NCBI GenBank assembly: GCA_951406725.2 | Contig: OX597814.1 | Coordinates: 169,156,001-169,218,000, forward strand | Length of the DNA: 62,000 nucleotides | Direction: 5' to 3' | DNA from: Octopus vulgaris | Lineage: Eukaryota | Shown here: one piece after another, positions 22,882 through 34,809 of the stretch | Layout of the letters: each line of letters begins with the position of its first letter | Position numbering within the stretch: position 1 is the first letter of the stretch | The notes under the pieces: model-generated | Databases searched by the model: none | What the model saw: the letters and a program-made list of their open reading frames with translations, nothing else | What the model was told of the DNA's origin: nothing | Position numbers and translations under genes: made by a program

Positions 22882-23509
22882 CTAGCATGGAAAGCGGACG
22901 TTAAACGATGATGATAATTGACTTATCCCTTCTCCTAAAACTGCTGGCCATGTTTCAAAATTTGAAACCATTATATGCAACATGGTAAATGACAAAATTG
23001 GTAGAATTTCAGACTAAATTCCTTATGATATTTTGTAATTTTCTTTTAAATTCTCAGTTCAAGCCATGTCAAATGTTGACTTCATATTTTATGTTTTTGG
23101 GGAGTTGATAAAATAACTATTAATCAGCTATAACTGGGTTTATAACTATAAACTATAAACTATAAAATTGAACCCAATTCTAACAATAAACTGGGTTCAA
23201 TTTGACAAAGCCCTCACATAAAATATGCAGCTCTGTATCAGTCTTAGAAATCCCTATTATTTAGCAAGGTGGTAGATGACAGGGGTCATATAGCACTAAA
23301 CAAAATACAAGATATTTTGTTCTCTCCTACTTGCATGAGTCAGATGGAATTTGTTGAAGTAGAATTTTCTACAGCCAGATGCCCTTCCTGCCACCAATCT
23401 TCACCTATTTCCAAAAACAAGGTATGATTTTATGGAAGATTGGAAATGAAGGACTCTATTTGCATCATGGTGACATTTGTTTACCACTATCACATGAAGC
23501 GAAGGCAAG

Positions 23510-23550
<41 letters not shown>

Positions 23551-23641
23551 AATATAAGGATGGTATTATTAAAATACCATCACAAGTGGTAAGCGAATTA
23601 TCAGCCGTACAGGCAAATTGATAAAATATATACATACAATA

Positions 23642-24009
23642 TTAGATATGTACATATATACACAAACGTACTACATGAGTACCTATATCGCTAATGATAG
23701 AAGTCAAAAAATACTTCTGTACCTACCGAATAGTCACAAAAGATAGGAAAAAATATCAGTGAACAATAATAATGTCTTACCTCTACTGGGTCAGAACAAG
23801 TAAATTTCGAAAACGGTAGCAAGTTAACCAGCATTTACTTGTTCTGACCCATTTGAGGCAAGACATTATTATTGTTCACTGATATTTTTTCCTATCTTGT
23901 CTCTAAATAGATTTGTGACTATTTGGTGGTACAGAAATATTTTTTGACTTCTATCATTAGCGATATAGGTACTCATGTAGTACCCTTGTGTATGTATGTA
24001 CATATCTAA
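23642..24009. mobile_element. Fold-back element, ~165-bp arms, 27-nt loop
   Basis: 23642-23805 reverse-complements 23833-24009, with a short insertion in the right arm. Confidence 0.85.
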
Positions 24010-24054
24010 CATATGTATATATTTTATATATATGTATGTATAAGAGTATTCAGC

Positions 24055-24605
24055 AGACTTTTTTCAGTTTCATTCTACCAAATCCACTCACAAAGCTTTG
24101 GTCAGCTTGAGGCTATAGTAGAAGATACTTGCCTGAGGTACCACACATTGGGATTGAACCTGAGACTATGTGGTTTAGAAGCTAACCTCTCACCACAAAG
24201 CCATACTTGTGCTTATTATATATATTTGAACTCGGCGGAGTTTAAATTCCGCTGAGGTTGACTTTGCCTTTCATCCTTTCGGGGTCAATAAATAAAGTAC
24301 CAGTTTCGCACTGGAGTCGATATAATCAACTTAATCCGTTTGTCTGTCCTTGTTTGTCCCCTCTATGTTTAGCCTCTTGTGGTTAGTAAAGAAATATATA
24401 TATATATATGTGTGTTATGTGTATGTGTATTTGTGTGTGTGTGTGGCTTGACAATCAGCGTTGGCTTGTTTACATTCTCATGACTTAGTGGTTCAGCAAA
24501 AGATACCAGTAGAATAAATACTGGGGTCATTTTTTTTGACTAAACCCTTCAAGATGGTGCCCCAGCATGGCTGCAGTTCAATGACTGAAACAAGTAAAAG
24601 ATACA
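24055..24605. mobile_element. SINE cluster (A minus 24055-24215, B plus 24232-24395, A 3' part 24440-24605)
   Basis: Matches to families A and B. Confidence 0.7.
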
Positions 24606-25526
24606 GAGATTCCCTTTTTTGGCTAATAAAATTTGGGGAGTCCTATGATCCCTTAATCAAAAAATATATATTTTTTAAAAAATACTTTTGTTGTTTTTGT
24701 AAAATCTCAGACGATAATTAAAAATTCACATTTTTTGTCAAAATTATTTCGTTATATTTGTCTATCTATCCAACTGTAAACATTTTAAATAGTTCTAGAT
24801 ATTTTTGTCAATCACTGGAATTTTTGAGATTGTGAATTTCTCTCCCGATTTTCTGGTAGGAATTAACAGTTCAAGTTTCTATTTGATGTAGGAGGTGCCT
24901 ATTTGTATAACCATGTTCTTGCCTCTTTGTGTGGGCTTTTGATGAGTGTGCTAACTGAATTTCCTTGATGTGGGAGTGTTGGCAGGCAACTTGAAGCTAA
25001 CAAGATGCGTGGTGTGACAGTTCTTGTCGATGATTCTAATTACATTGTATATATAGCATCACAGCCTGTTTTGTGGTTTATGTTGTATATGGATGTTTGC
25101 AAGTGTTTTGTTTCTCTTTGGATTATTTCACTGTTATTTCCATATTTAGTTCGCTTGTTGCTTAGACGCCTTTATGCTGTGCTGGATGTATGTATGCATT
25201 TGTCTGCACATCAGCACACATGTGAATGCTTGCTATATATTCTTTGTCTCTATGAGTATATACAAACATGTACATGCACACACACAAATACAAACATACT
25301 CACATACACACACTCACATACACAATTGGTATCCAGCTGTGATATTACGCTTTAATGTTTTATATTGATGATATCACTTTTCTTCACTCTTCTTTGAAGA
25401 TATTTATATTTATATTAATTCTTGTAGTTGCAATTTTCAGATTACATCATATCTACAAAATATTTCTTGTCCATTTAGAAAACTGTTCTAAGACAATAAT
25501 CTATGACACTTTACTAATTATATTAA

Positions 25527-25918
25527 ATAGGAGTGGCTGTGTGGTAAGTAGCTTGCTTACCAACCACATGGTTCTGAGTTCAGTCCTACTGCATGGCACC
25601 TTGGGCAAGTGTCTTCTACTATAGCCTAGGGCCGACCAAAGCCTTGTGAGTGGATTTGGTAGACGGAAACTGAAGGAAGCCCGTCGTATATATGTATATG
25701 TATGTGTGTGTGTTTGAGTATCTGTCTTTGTCCCCCCAACATTGCTTGACAACCGATGCTGGTGTGTTTATGTCCCCATAACTTAGGGGTTCAGAAAAAG
25801 TGACCGATAGAATAAGTATTAGGCTTACAAAGAATAAGTCCTGGGTCGAGTTGGTTGACTAAAGGCGGTGCTCCAGAATAGTCGCAGTCAGTTGACTGAA
25901 ACAAATAAAAGAGTAAAA
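25527..25918 (+). mobile_element. SINE family A, full length
   Basis: A box TGGCTGTGTGG, B box GAGTTCAGTCC, tail (AAAAGAGT)n. Confidence 0.85.
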
Positions 25919-26222
25919 GGGCATTCTAACAGTACATCTTATAGTCTATGAGTTAAACATTTCCAGAGAGACTCTGCTACTGACATCTTCTCTGAGAGCT
26001 TATTCATCTAAGTGTTTTAAATGAAAATCTGGGGCTACTAATAGATTAACCCCATTAAAATCTAGAGCTACTGGCAGGTGACATAAAGGTTAGAAATGTA
26101 ACTGAAAACTAGGGATTAGTGAGGGGAAAGGAAACAACAGCATGGCAAATTATATGATATGGTCATTTAGACCTGGACCCAGTTTTCAGGGATTTTTATT
26201 TTTAGGTCAAAGTGGGTTTTAA

Positions 26223-26614
26223 TCTACATGTATATATAAAGCAGAAGTTGTCTGTGTATGGCAGATTTGGTAGCCTTCAACTAACACTATCTCCTCTGAG
26301 ATCCTGCAGCGCTAGTTGACCAAAATTGAGAGTATGATAGAAGGGTTGCTCTTCCTTCTATAGAAGAAAAAATTCAAATCGAACCATGTTAAGATCAAAA
26401 ATTATTTACATCAAAAAGGTGCTTTTTTTTCTATGAAAATCCCTAATTTTTACGATTTTTTTACTGCTGCGTCGCCATTTTTTGGTGTATTTCAACCAGA
26501 AAAATGTTCACTTAAAGAGAATAACAAGCTACATAATGCCAAAGTTTTACTTTTCAAAAATTCCAATTCTAAAGGGTTGAAACAAACCCGAGCAACGCCG
26601 GGTGATACTGCTAG
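26223..26614 (+). mobile_element. Non-autonomous Helitron
   Basis: A|TC start, ACCCG/CGGGT hairpin at 26586-26603, CTAG|T end; second copy at 54960. Confidence 0.85.
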
Positions 26615-27105
26615 TTATATGATATGGTCATTTAGTCCTGGACTCAGTTTTCAGGGATTTTTTTCTTTTATAGGTCAAAGTTGGTTTTAATTTCGATAAA
26701 ATTTTAAATTGTTTCTATCCTGTTCACAACTGCAACAGTAGAATATCTTTCAAAATTACAATTCCGTGAGTAAAATAACAGAAAAAAAAGCTTCTCAATA
26801 TAAATAACATCTTTTAGTCATGCTCTTGACATATATCTATTTAATTGCAGCCAGTGTTATTTACAACAAACTAACTACTACCAATGTTTGAAGAAGACTA
26901 CGAGCATAGGATGGCAATCGGTTGCAATGCACAGACATATTCTGTCTGCTTGTGATGGATTATTAAAGGCTGTCAATAAAACATTGCTAGTTAAATACTT
27001 GAGTCAGAGCTTGGTTAATTTGTACAGAGTGAAGAGTTTGTTATATTCAGAATGCATATGAAATATGCATTCTCCATTGTTACTGGTATGTCTTGCTTAT
27101 TGATA

Positions 27106-27446
27106 TCATCATCATCATCATCATCATCATCATTATTATTATTATTACTTTATTTTTCTTCTTTCAAATTTGCTTCCATTTCTTGCCGAGTGTCTTCCCG
27201 ACTCCTAGGGCAAAGAAACTCATAGTATACATTGGTAGGCCATTAAACCAAACTCAGTAGTTCGTTCATTTAAAAAAATTTTTTTTATGTTAAATTAAAA
27301 TACATGAGCAGCAACAGTTCTCACATCGACAATGCTCTTCTCAATATGTGTGATGTACCAGTTAAGACAATCTTTTGCACTTCTTGCAGGGATGGTAAGC
27401 CAGGGATCATTCTCATATAATTTTCGGTTCCCTTCTTGATCATTCC

Positions 27447-27447
<1 letters not shown>
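27106..27447 (-). mobile_element. R4/Dong-clade LINE 3' end (subfamily ending ILRRALSM*) with (TAA)(TGA)n tail
   Basis: GMIKKGTENYMRMIPGLPSLQEVQKIVLTGTSHILRRALSM* read manually. Confidence 0.8.
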
Positions 27448-27538
<91 letters not shown>

Positions 27539-27873
27539 TAGTTTTATTTTTATAGCGTGTTTCACTTCACTACTGAGCCCAGCTCTGTGTGCCTTGGGTA
27601 TGTGCTGTGATTTGTTGTGATGCTCTGATGATTACTGTATTGAAAGTGTTCTGCGTAGGATGTGTGCAGTGCCTAGTAGTGCAATTTTCTGTATGTTATA
27701 CGTGTTTGTAAGTTCTGGTGTTTTTGTTATGTATTTGTCTGAATATTTTTTTTATCATACCTAATGCACCTACTATGATAGGAATTGTTTCTGTTTTTAC
27801 TTTCCACATTCTAGTTACCTCTATTTCCAGGTCTTTGTATTTTGAAAGTTTCTCCATTTCTTTTAGAGACACA
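27448..27873 (-). mobile_element. R4/Dong-clade LINE 3' end (subfamily ending ILRRTLSIQ*) with (TAA)n tail
   Basis: EKLSKYKDLEIEVTRMW...GALG...QKIALLGTAHILRR. Confidence 0.85.
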
Positions 27874-27944
27874 TTGTTGTTGTTGTTGTTTTTGTTTGTG
27901 TTGTTGTTGTGTGTTGTTGTTGTTGTTGTTGTTGTTGCTGTAAT

Positions 27945-29368
27945 TAAGGTGGAGAGCTGGCAGAATTGTTAGCACACTGGATGAAACACTGGATGAAATT
28001 GTATTTTGTCTGTTACTACATTCTGAGTTCAAATTCAGCCGAGGTTGACATTGCCTATCATTCTTTCAGGGTCAATAAACTAAGTATCAGTTAAGTACTG
28101 GGGTTGATGTAATCGACTAGCCCCTCCCCCAAATTTCTGGCCTTGTGCCTTTAGTAGAAAGGATTATTATTATTATTACTATTATTATTATTATTAAGGT
28201 TGCAAGCTGGCAAAATTGTAAGCACACTGGACAAAATGCTCGGCAGCATTCCATCCATCTGAGTTCAAATTCTGCAGAAGTCAACTTTGCCTTTCATCTT
28301 TTCGGGTTGATAAAATAAGTACCAGTTGAACACTGGGGTCGATGTATTTGACTCTTCTCCTCCCCCAAAATTGCTACCCTTGTGGCAAAAATTTGAAACC
28401 ATTATTATTATTAAGGTGGCAACATAACAGAATCATTAGTATGCTGGGCAAAATGCTTAGTGGCATTTTGTCCATCCTTACATTCTGAGTTCAAATTCCA
28501 CCGAGGTTGATTTGCATTTCTTTCTTTCTAGGTTGATGAAATAAGTACCAGTTACACACTAGGGTTGATATAATCAACTAGTCCCCTTCCCCAAAATTTC
28601 AAGCCTTGTGCCTATAGGTGTAGGAGTGGCTGTGTGGTAAGTAGCTTGCTTACAAACCACATGGTTCCGGGTTCAGTCCCACTGTGCAGCACCTTGGGCA
28701 AGTGTCTTCTACTATAGCCTCGGACCGACCAAAGCCTTGTGAGTGAATTTGGTAAACAGAAACTGAAAGAAGCCCATCATATATATGTATATATGTATGT
28801 GTGTGTGTGTATATGTTTGTATACCTGTGTTTGTTCCCCCAACATCGTTTGACAACCGATGGTGGTGTGTTTACGTCCCCATAACTTAGCAGTTTGGCAA
28901 AAGAGACCGATAGAATAAGTACTAGGCATACAAAAAATAAATCCCGGGGTCGATTTGCTCGACTAAAGGCAGTGCTCCAGCATGGCCACAATCAAATGGC
29001 TGAAACAAGTAAAAGAGTAAAAGAGAGAGTAAAAGAGAGTATAGTGGAAAGGATTAATAATATCATGTTTTATCATCATCATTATAATTATAGGTGCCTG
29101 TTGTTGTTTATTATTATCATTATTATTATTATTATGTTATTATTACGTACCATTAAGGCAGTGAACTGACTGAATCATTAGCACAGCAGGCAATAATGTT
29201 TAGCAGTATTTCGTCTGTCTTCAAGAACAAATTATGTCGAGGTCAAGTTTGCCTATCATCCTTTCGGTATCGATGAAAGAAGGGACAGTTGAACACTGGG
29301 ATCAATTTAATTGACTAAACCCCACCACCATGAATTTGCTGGCCTTGTACCAAAATTTGAAACCGCTA
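27945..29368 (+). mobile_element. SINE cluster: three family B copies (27945-28615), family A (28617-29040), family B (29150-29368)
   Basis: Repeated GAGTTCAAATTC heads and AAATTT..GGCCTTGTG tails. Confidence 0.8.
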
Positions 29369-29369
29369 T

Positions 29370-30180
29370 TGTTATTATTGTTGTTGAGTGAGAGAGCAGC
29401 ACACATTCTCAAAAGATGCTGGATTACAAATATACAAAGCCCAATAAACCCATCATGACTACCTATGTGATAAGGGTACACCAGATACATGCATCACAAC
29501 CATATTGTATGCAACATAGTGATCTCATACCAAGAAAACCAGCACGTGACTTTACTGGTGGGGCCCAGTTAGAATTTTCTTCAGGCCATGTATCCCACCC
29601 TACTGAAAAGGTCCCTGAACAAGGGTTGCTTAAGGTTGTTGAACATTTAATCTGTTTCCAGAGGTGAATTATTCAAGCTACAAACAATTCCTCAACACAT
29701 GATTATGATCCTCCCCCACTATTCATGCTCATGATCAGAGATGCACATAGTGTCAACCACTGAGGGACATTCTCAACAATAAACCCATCATGACTACCTA
29801 TGTGATAAGGGTACACCAGGTACATGCATCACAACCATATTGTATGCAACATAGTGATCTCACACCAAGATAAACAGCACATGACTTTATTGGTGGGGCC
29901 CAGTTAGAATTTTCTTCAGGTCGTGTATCCCACCCTACTGAAAAGGTCCCTGAACAAGGGTTGCTTAAGGTTGATGAACATTTAATCTATGTTTCCAGAG
30001 GTGAATTATTCAAGCTACAAAGAATTCCTCAACACATGATTAATATCCTCCCCCACTATTCATGCTCATGATCAGAGATGCACATAGTGTCAACCACTAA
30101 GGGTCATTCTTAACTGGTTAAGGTCAAGCAACTGATAAGCAAATCTGCAGAATATTTGCCATAACCCATCTTTTACACCA
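29370..30180 (-). mobile_element. Repeat family D with 335-bp internal tandem duplication
   Basis: CAATAAACCCATCATGACTACC at 29442 and 29777; minus-strand end CTGCTCTCTCACTC(AAC/AAT)n. Confidence 0.8.
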
Positions 30181-30599
30181 AAACAAAACATGTACATGTT
30201 ATCACTCCCAATCAGTTAAGATCAGAAGCCACGAGAGCCACTGCCTGGTCCTGCATCAGCTCATTCCATCATGTGGTGTCCATTTTCATTGATGCATTTT
30301 TGAAGGTGATCTTCGAAGTTAACCTCTTGGAAGTTAACCTTGAAAAGAAAAAAATACTAAGACACCGTGGACCAAATGGTACCTGCCAGACATATGTCCC
30401 TCTCCCTGGGGTTGAGTAATAGCCATTTCAAAAACCGTCCACCTCTCTGCCCCACCTTGTAATATCGGGTGGATATGAAGAGTTTGTGCTACATGGATTT
30501 GACTTAGATTTGTTGGGCTCAGGGTGATTCCGTAAAGTATGTTAATTTTAATCATCTTATTGCCTTGTAGTAATATGGTTCATTTGATATAGCATGATG

Positions 30600-30860
30600 T
30601 AAAGGCGTATGGCTTAGTGGTTAGGGTATTTGGCTTACAATCACAAGGTTGAGAGTTCAGTTCCTGGTGATGCGTTGTGTCCTTGAGCAAGAAACTTTAT
30701 TTCACATTGCTCCAGTCCACTTAGCCAGCAAAAATGAGTAGTATGTGTATTTCAAAGGGCCAGCCTTGTCACATTCTGTGTTACATTGAATCTCCCTGAG
30801 AACTATGTTAAGGGTGCATGTGTCTGTGGAGTGCTCAGCTGAATGCACATTAATTTCATG
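30600..30860 (+). mobile_element. tRNA-derived SINE (family F)
   Basis: TGGCTTAGTGG A box, GAGTTCAGTTCC B box, TGTGTCCTTGAGCAAG core. Confidence 0.75.
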
Positions 30861-31044
30861 AACCAGCTGTTTTATTGTAAGCGATGGAGTGCTAGATATG
30901 GCATGGCTGGTGAACTTTATTAGTATTGGAGCTGTTATATTTATGTGGGAAATTTGACTGGCAACTATTGGTGCCACCAGCTAGTTGCTTTTGAAGTAAA
31001 AGTGGAAGAGAAAGAGAGTTTATTGAGAAATAAGAGGGAGGGTC

Positions 31045-31628
31045 ATCATCATCGTTTAACGTCCGTTCTCCATGCTAGCATGGGTTGGACGGTTCGACTG
31101 GGGATCTGGGAAGCCAGAAGGCTGCACCAGGCTCCAGTCTTATCTGGCAATGTTTCTACAGCTGGATGCCCTTCCTAACGCCAACCACTCCGTGAGTGTA
31201 GTGGGTGCTTTTTACGTGCCACCTGCACAGGTGCCAGGCGAGGCTGGCAACGGCCACAGTCGGACTGGTATATTTTACGTGCCACCGGCACGGAAGCCAG
31301 TCGAGGCGGCGCTGGCATCGGCCATGAGTCGGATAGTGCTTTTTACGTACCACCAGACCAGGGATCCTGGCTGGTGTTATATTTATATTCAGTGAAAGGT
31401 GGCGAGCTGGCAGAAGCGTTAGTGCGCTGGGCGAAATGCTTAGCGGTATTTCGTCTGTCGTTACGTTCTGAGTTCAAATTCCGCCGAGGTCAACTTTGCC
31501 TTTCATCCTTTCAGGGTTGATAAATAAAGTACCAGTTTCGCACTGGGGTCAATGTAATCGACTTAATCCCTTTGTCTGGCCTTGTTTGTCCCCACTATGT
31601 TTAGCTCCTTGTGGGTAGTAAAGAAATA
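31045..31628. mobile_element. RTE-type 3' end (minus, 31045-31375) and SINE B (plus, 31397-31628)
   Basis: Family matches. Confidence 0.8.
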
Positions 31629-32311
31629 TATATTCAGTTTCTACCATCTGAAAATGTGGTACCCTGTCAAATGCTTTTCAGTAATCAATCCAGAACATAC
31701 TAAAGCCTTTTTTTTTTTGTTCTATGCTTCCATAGCCCTGTTAACTTATAACTGTCTCTACACTACAACAATACATCTTTTTTCTGGTACGTTTTCTGTT
31801 CATCTGCTCTGTAAATAACCAAGTCAACCAGCTGTAGCATATGAATGTAAGTGCTTTGTATGTTGTTGAAAATCAAATTATAAGGTTTGTAGTTTTGTGG
31901 GTGTCTTGTGCTTTTGATTTGGAGGATTAACGTTGTTCTCCCCTCCATCATCCATTTGGATGTTAATTCTTGTCTACTTTATCAATTTATTAGATTCTGT
32001 TGCTATAGAATCATGAATTTTGGAGGAGAGGTACTTCAGTCAGAAATTGGCAACTTTTTTCAATTGTTGGAGCTTTCCTATTACTTAAAAAATTTTAATG
32101 TTGATAAATTCTTTGCTGGCTGCATAGGAAGTCATTTTTGCAGAGTTGTTTAGGTTTTAGCCTTTCTTTTCCATCTAACCTACTGTATATTTTTTTTATT
32201 GAACTGAATATTTCTGTTGCATTCTTCTATCTCAGTGTTCTTTATCCTCTGGCGTTGTTTTGTAAGTATCTCCATAAAATCTTTTGGTACTTGATTCAAA
32301 GCATTCATCAT

Positions 32312-32555
32312 ATCATCATCATCATCGTTTAACGTCCGCTTTCCATGCTAGCATGGGTTGGACGATTTTTGACTGAGGGCTGGCGAACCAGATGGCTGCA
32401 CCAGGCTCCAATCTTGATTTGGCAGAGTTTCTACAGCTGGATGCCCTTCCTAATGCCAACCACTCCGAGAGTGTAGTGGGTGCTTTTTGTGTGCCACCAG
32501 CACGGGGGCCAGTCAGGCAGCACTGGCAACGACCTCGCTCGAATCTTTTTACACA
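32312..32555 (-). mobile_element. RTE-type 3' end
   Basis: Family match. Confidence 0.8.
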
Positions 32556-33364
32556 TAGCATTATTCTAGAAAAAGCTTGCTTTTAGTTATGATTTGCCCA
32601 AGCTTTTCTTTTGCTTTCTGGGTACCTTTTTGGTTAATGCTATAATATCTTTTAGATATTTGGGTTTTTTTTCATGTTGGACATATTTTTCTTCATTTCA
32701 TTTGGTAAAAATACATTTTTCTCTTTAAATCTTTCCCAAATTTAATGAAAGTTATTCATCATCATCATCATCATCATTGTTGTCATTTTAACCTCCCACT
32801 TTTCCATGCTTGTATTGGTTGGAAGAAGTTTATTGAAGCACATATTTTATGGCTGGATGCCTTTCCTGTTGCTAACCCTCACCTATCTCCGAGTAAGGTA
32901 ATATTTCTCTCTGAGCAGACAAGCCTTTGAAGAATAATGAATATGAATGATACTGATTTTATGGTAGTGATTCTCATTTGCAACTATCATGTGATGTCAT
33001 GTCAAGGATCCCCCCCACACACACACACACAAAACAGGATTCTTTCAGTTTCATTTTACTAAATTCAACGACAAGTTTTGAATCAGCCTGGTATTCTACA
33101 GAACCCATGACTAAGTTGCCATGCAGTAGAAATGAACCTGAAACTATGTGGGTGGAAAGAAACTACTTAAACACACAGCCATACTTACACCGAACTGTGC
33201 CTGCACAACTAGAGATAAGTTTGACTGAGAAGTGTCTGATTGTATATGAATCAAATTTAGCTTCTGTTAATACTTTATTGAATAGACTAGATAATTTAAT
33301 CAGTTGATATTTGAATAATTGGTTCGGACAGAATTTCTTGGAGGACCTTATTGCATTTATATAT

Positions 33365-34331
33365 ACTAATTACCCGTAGGGAAACCATATTTTGTCATGC
33401 AACCATAATATACTAACTACAAAGTATAGTAAAAGCTTTATAAGTCAATGCTGTGTCCTACTGTGTTAGCAGTGATATTAATTCATTTGTTAAGGTTCTT
33501 TCTACAGATTTTCTATAGGAATTAGAGCCAGCACAGATTTGTTATGACATTTTGTATACAAAAAAATATGCTTATGTGAACAATATGATTGAAGATGGAA
33601 AAATGGGTAATGGGTGTATATGCATGTTTCGAGAGTTCTTGCTCCTTCATCAGTAACCACATCCAACCCATTAAACATCCACAAACTCATTGCTTAAATA
33701 TCTACTAGATATAGCGATGTAACACACACTACTGGATATACCAATTTTATTCATTAAACACATTCCTGACAACAGGTACATCATTATTATCATCATCATC
33801 ATCATAATCATCATGATCATCATTTAATGTCTGCTTTCCATACTGTCATGGGTTGGACAGATTGACTGAAAACTAGTAAGCTGGGGAGCTACACTAGTTT
33901 CCAGTCTGATTTGGCATGGTTTCTACAGCTGGATGTCCTTCCTAAAGCCAACCACTCCAAGAGTGTAGTGGGTGCTTTTTCATGTGCCACCGTGCTAGTT
34001 ACAAAACACCAGCATTAGCCATGACTATGATCTTACTTGGTTTGGTAGGTCTTCTCAAGAAGCATGGTGCATTGCCAAAGGTCTCAGCCATATGTCGCTG
34101 CCTCTGTGAGACCCAAGTTTGAACGGTGCTTTTTATGCACCATCGGCACAGGTGCCAGATATGCGACACTGTAATTAATATGTACATACATATTAATTAC
34201 TTGTAGGGACTCCGTATTTCGTTATGTGACCATAAGATACTATAAAGCACATTAAATGTTTTATAAGTCAATACTGTGTACTACTGTGTTAGCAGTGCTC
34301 TTACATCACTTGCTAAGGTTCCCTCTACAGA
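33365..34331. repeat. Diverged ~140-bp direct repeats (33365-33508, 34193-34331) around a hammerhead and an RTE 3' end (33785-34170)
   Basis: Shared TTTATAAGTCAAT.CTGTGT.CTACTGTGTTAGCAGTG...TAAGGTTC..TCTACAGA. Confidence 0.7.
33612..33658 (-). ncRNA. Decayed minimal hammerhead
   Basis: CTGATGA-A-GGAG/CTCT-C-GAAA-C-ATGC-A-TA; stem III G lost, consistent with CpG to CpA. Confidence 0.55.
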
Positions 34332-34771
34332 CATATATACTTTATATATACTTTCATGGAGCTGCCTGGACACATGCAACTTGGACAGTTAACCATGTTA
34401 TGTCTCTTTTTCTGTGTCATTGTTTCTGTTAGGTTTTCCTCAATGTTAACTCTGGTTAATTTGCATGCTGCTGTGTGCTCTTCAGTTTGTTGTTAAGTGT
34501 GTGGCAGTTGAGGGTATATTTTTCTCACTGCTGTGTATTGGTTGAAGGTTATATAGGAACTTCTAAGATATTCACCATTAATTTGAATTGAAGTTCTTTT
34601 CTATTCACAACTCTTTTTTTTTATAGGTTGTTATGTCTTGTTTGATTTTTTTTTTTTATTTGCTTGGTTTGCTCAGTAGTATTTTCATTGTATTTTAAAG
34701 ATTCCTTTGTTATATGAGCAGTCGTTTTGTTACATTATTTTCTTTTACCTTTTATGAAGTTTTACATGTTT

Positions 34772-34809
<38 letters not shown>

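Larger units (their letters stand above)
20267..23296. repeat. Inverted duplication (20267-20690 vs 22882-23296) bracketing an inverted segment
   Basis: Mostly unique ~420 bp reverse-complement match, about 3 substitutions plus a (CAT)n length difference. Confidence 0.92.
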
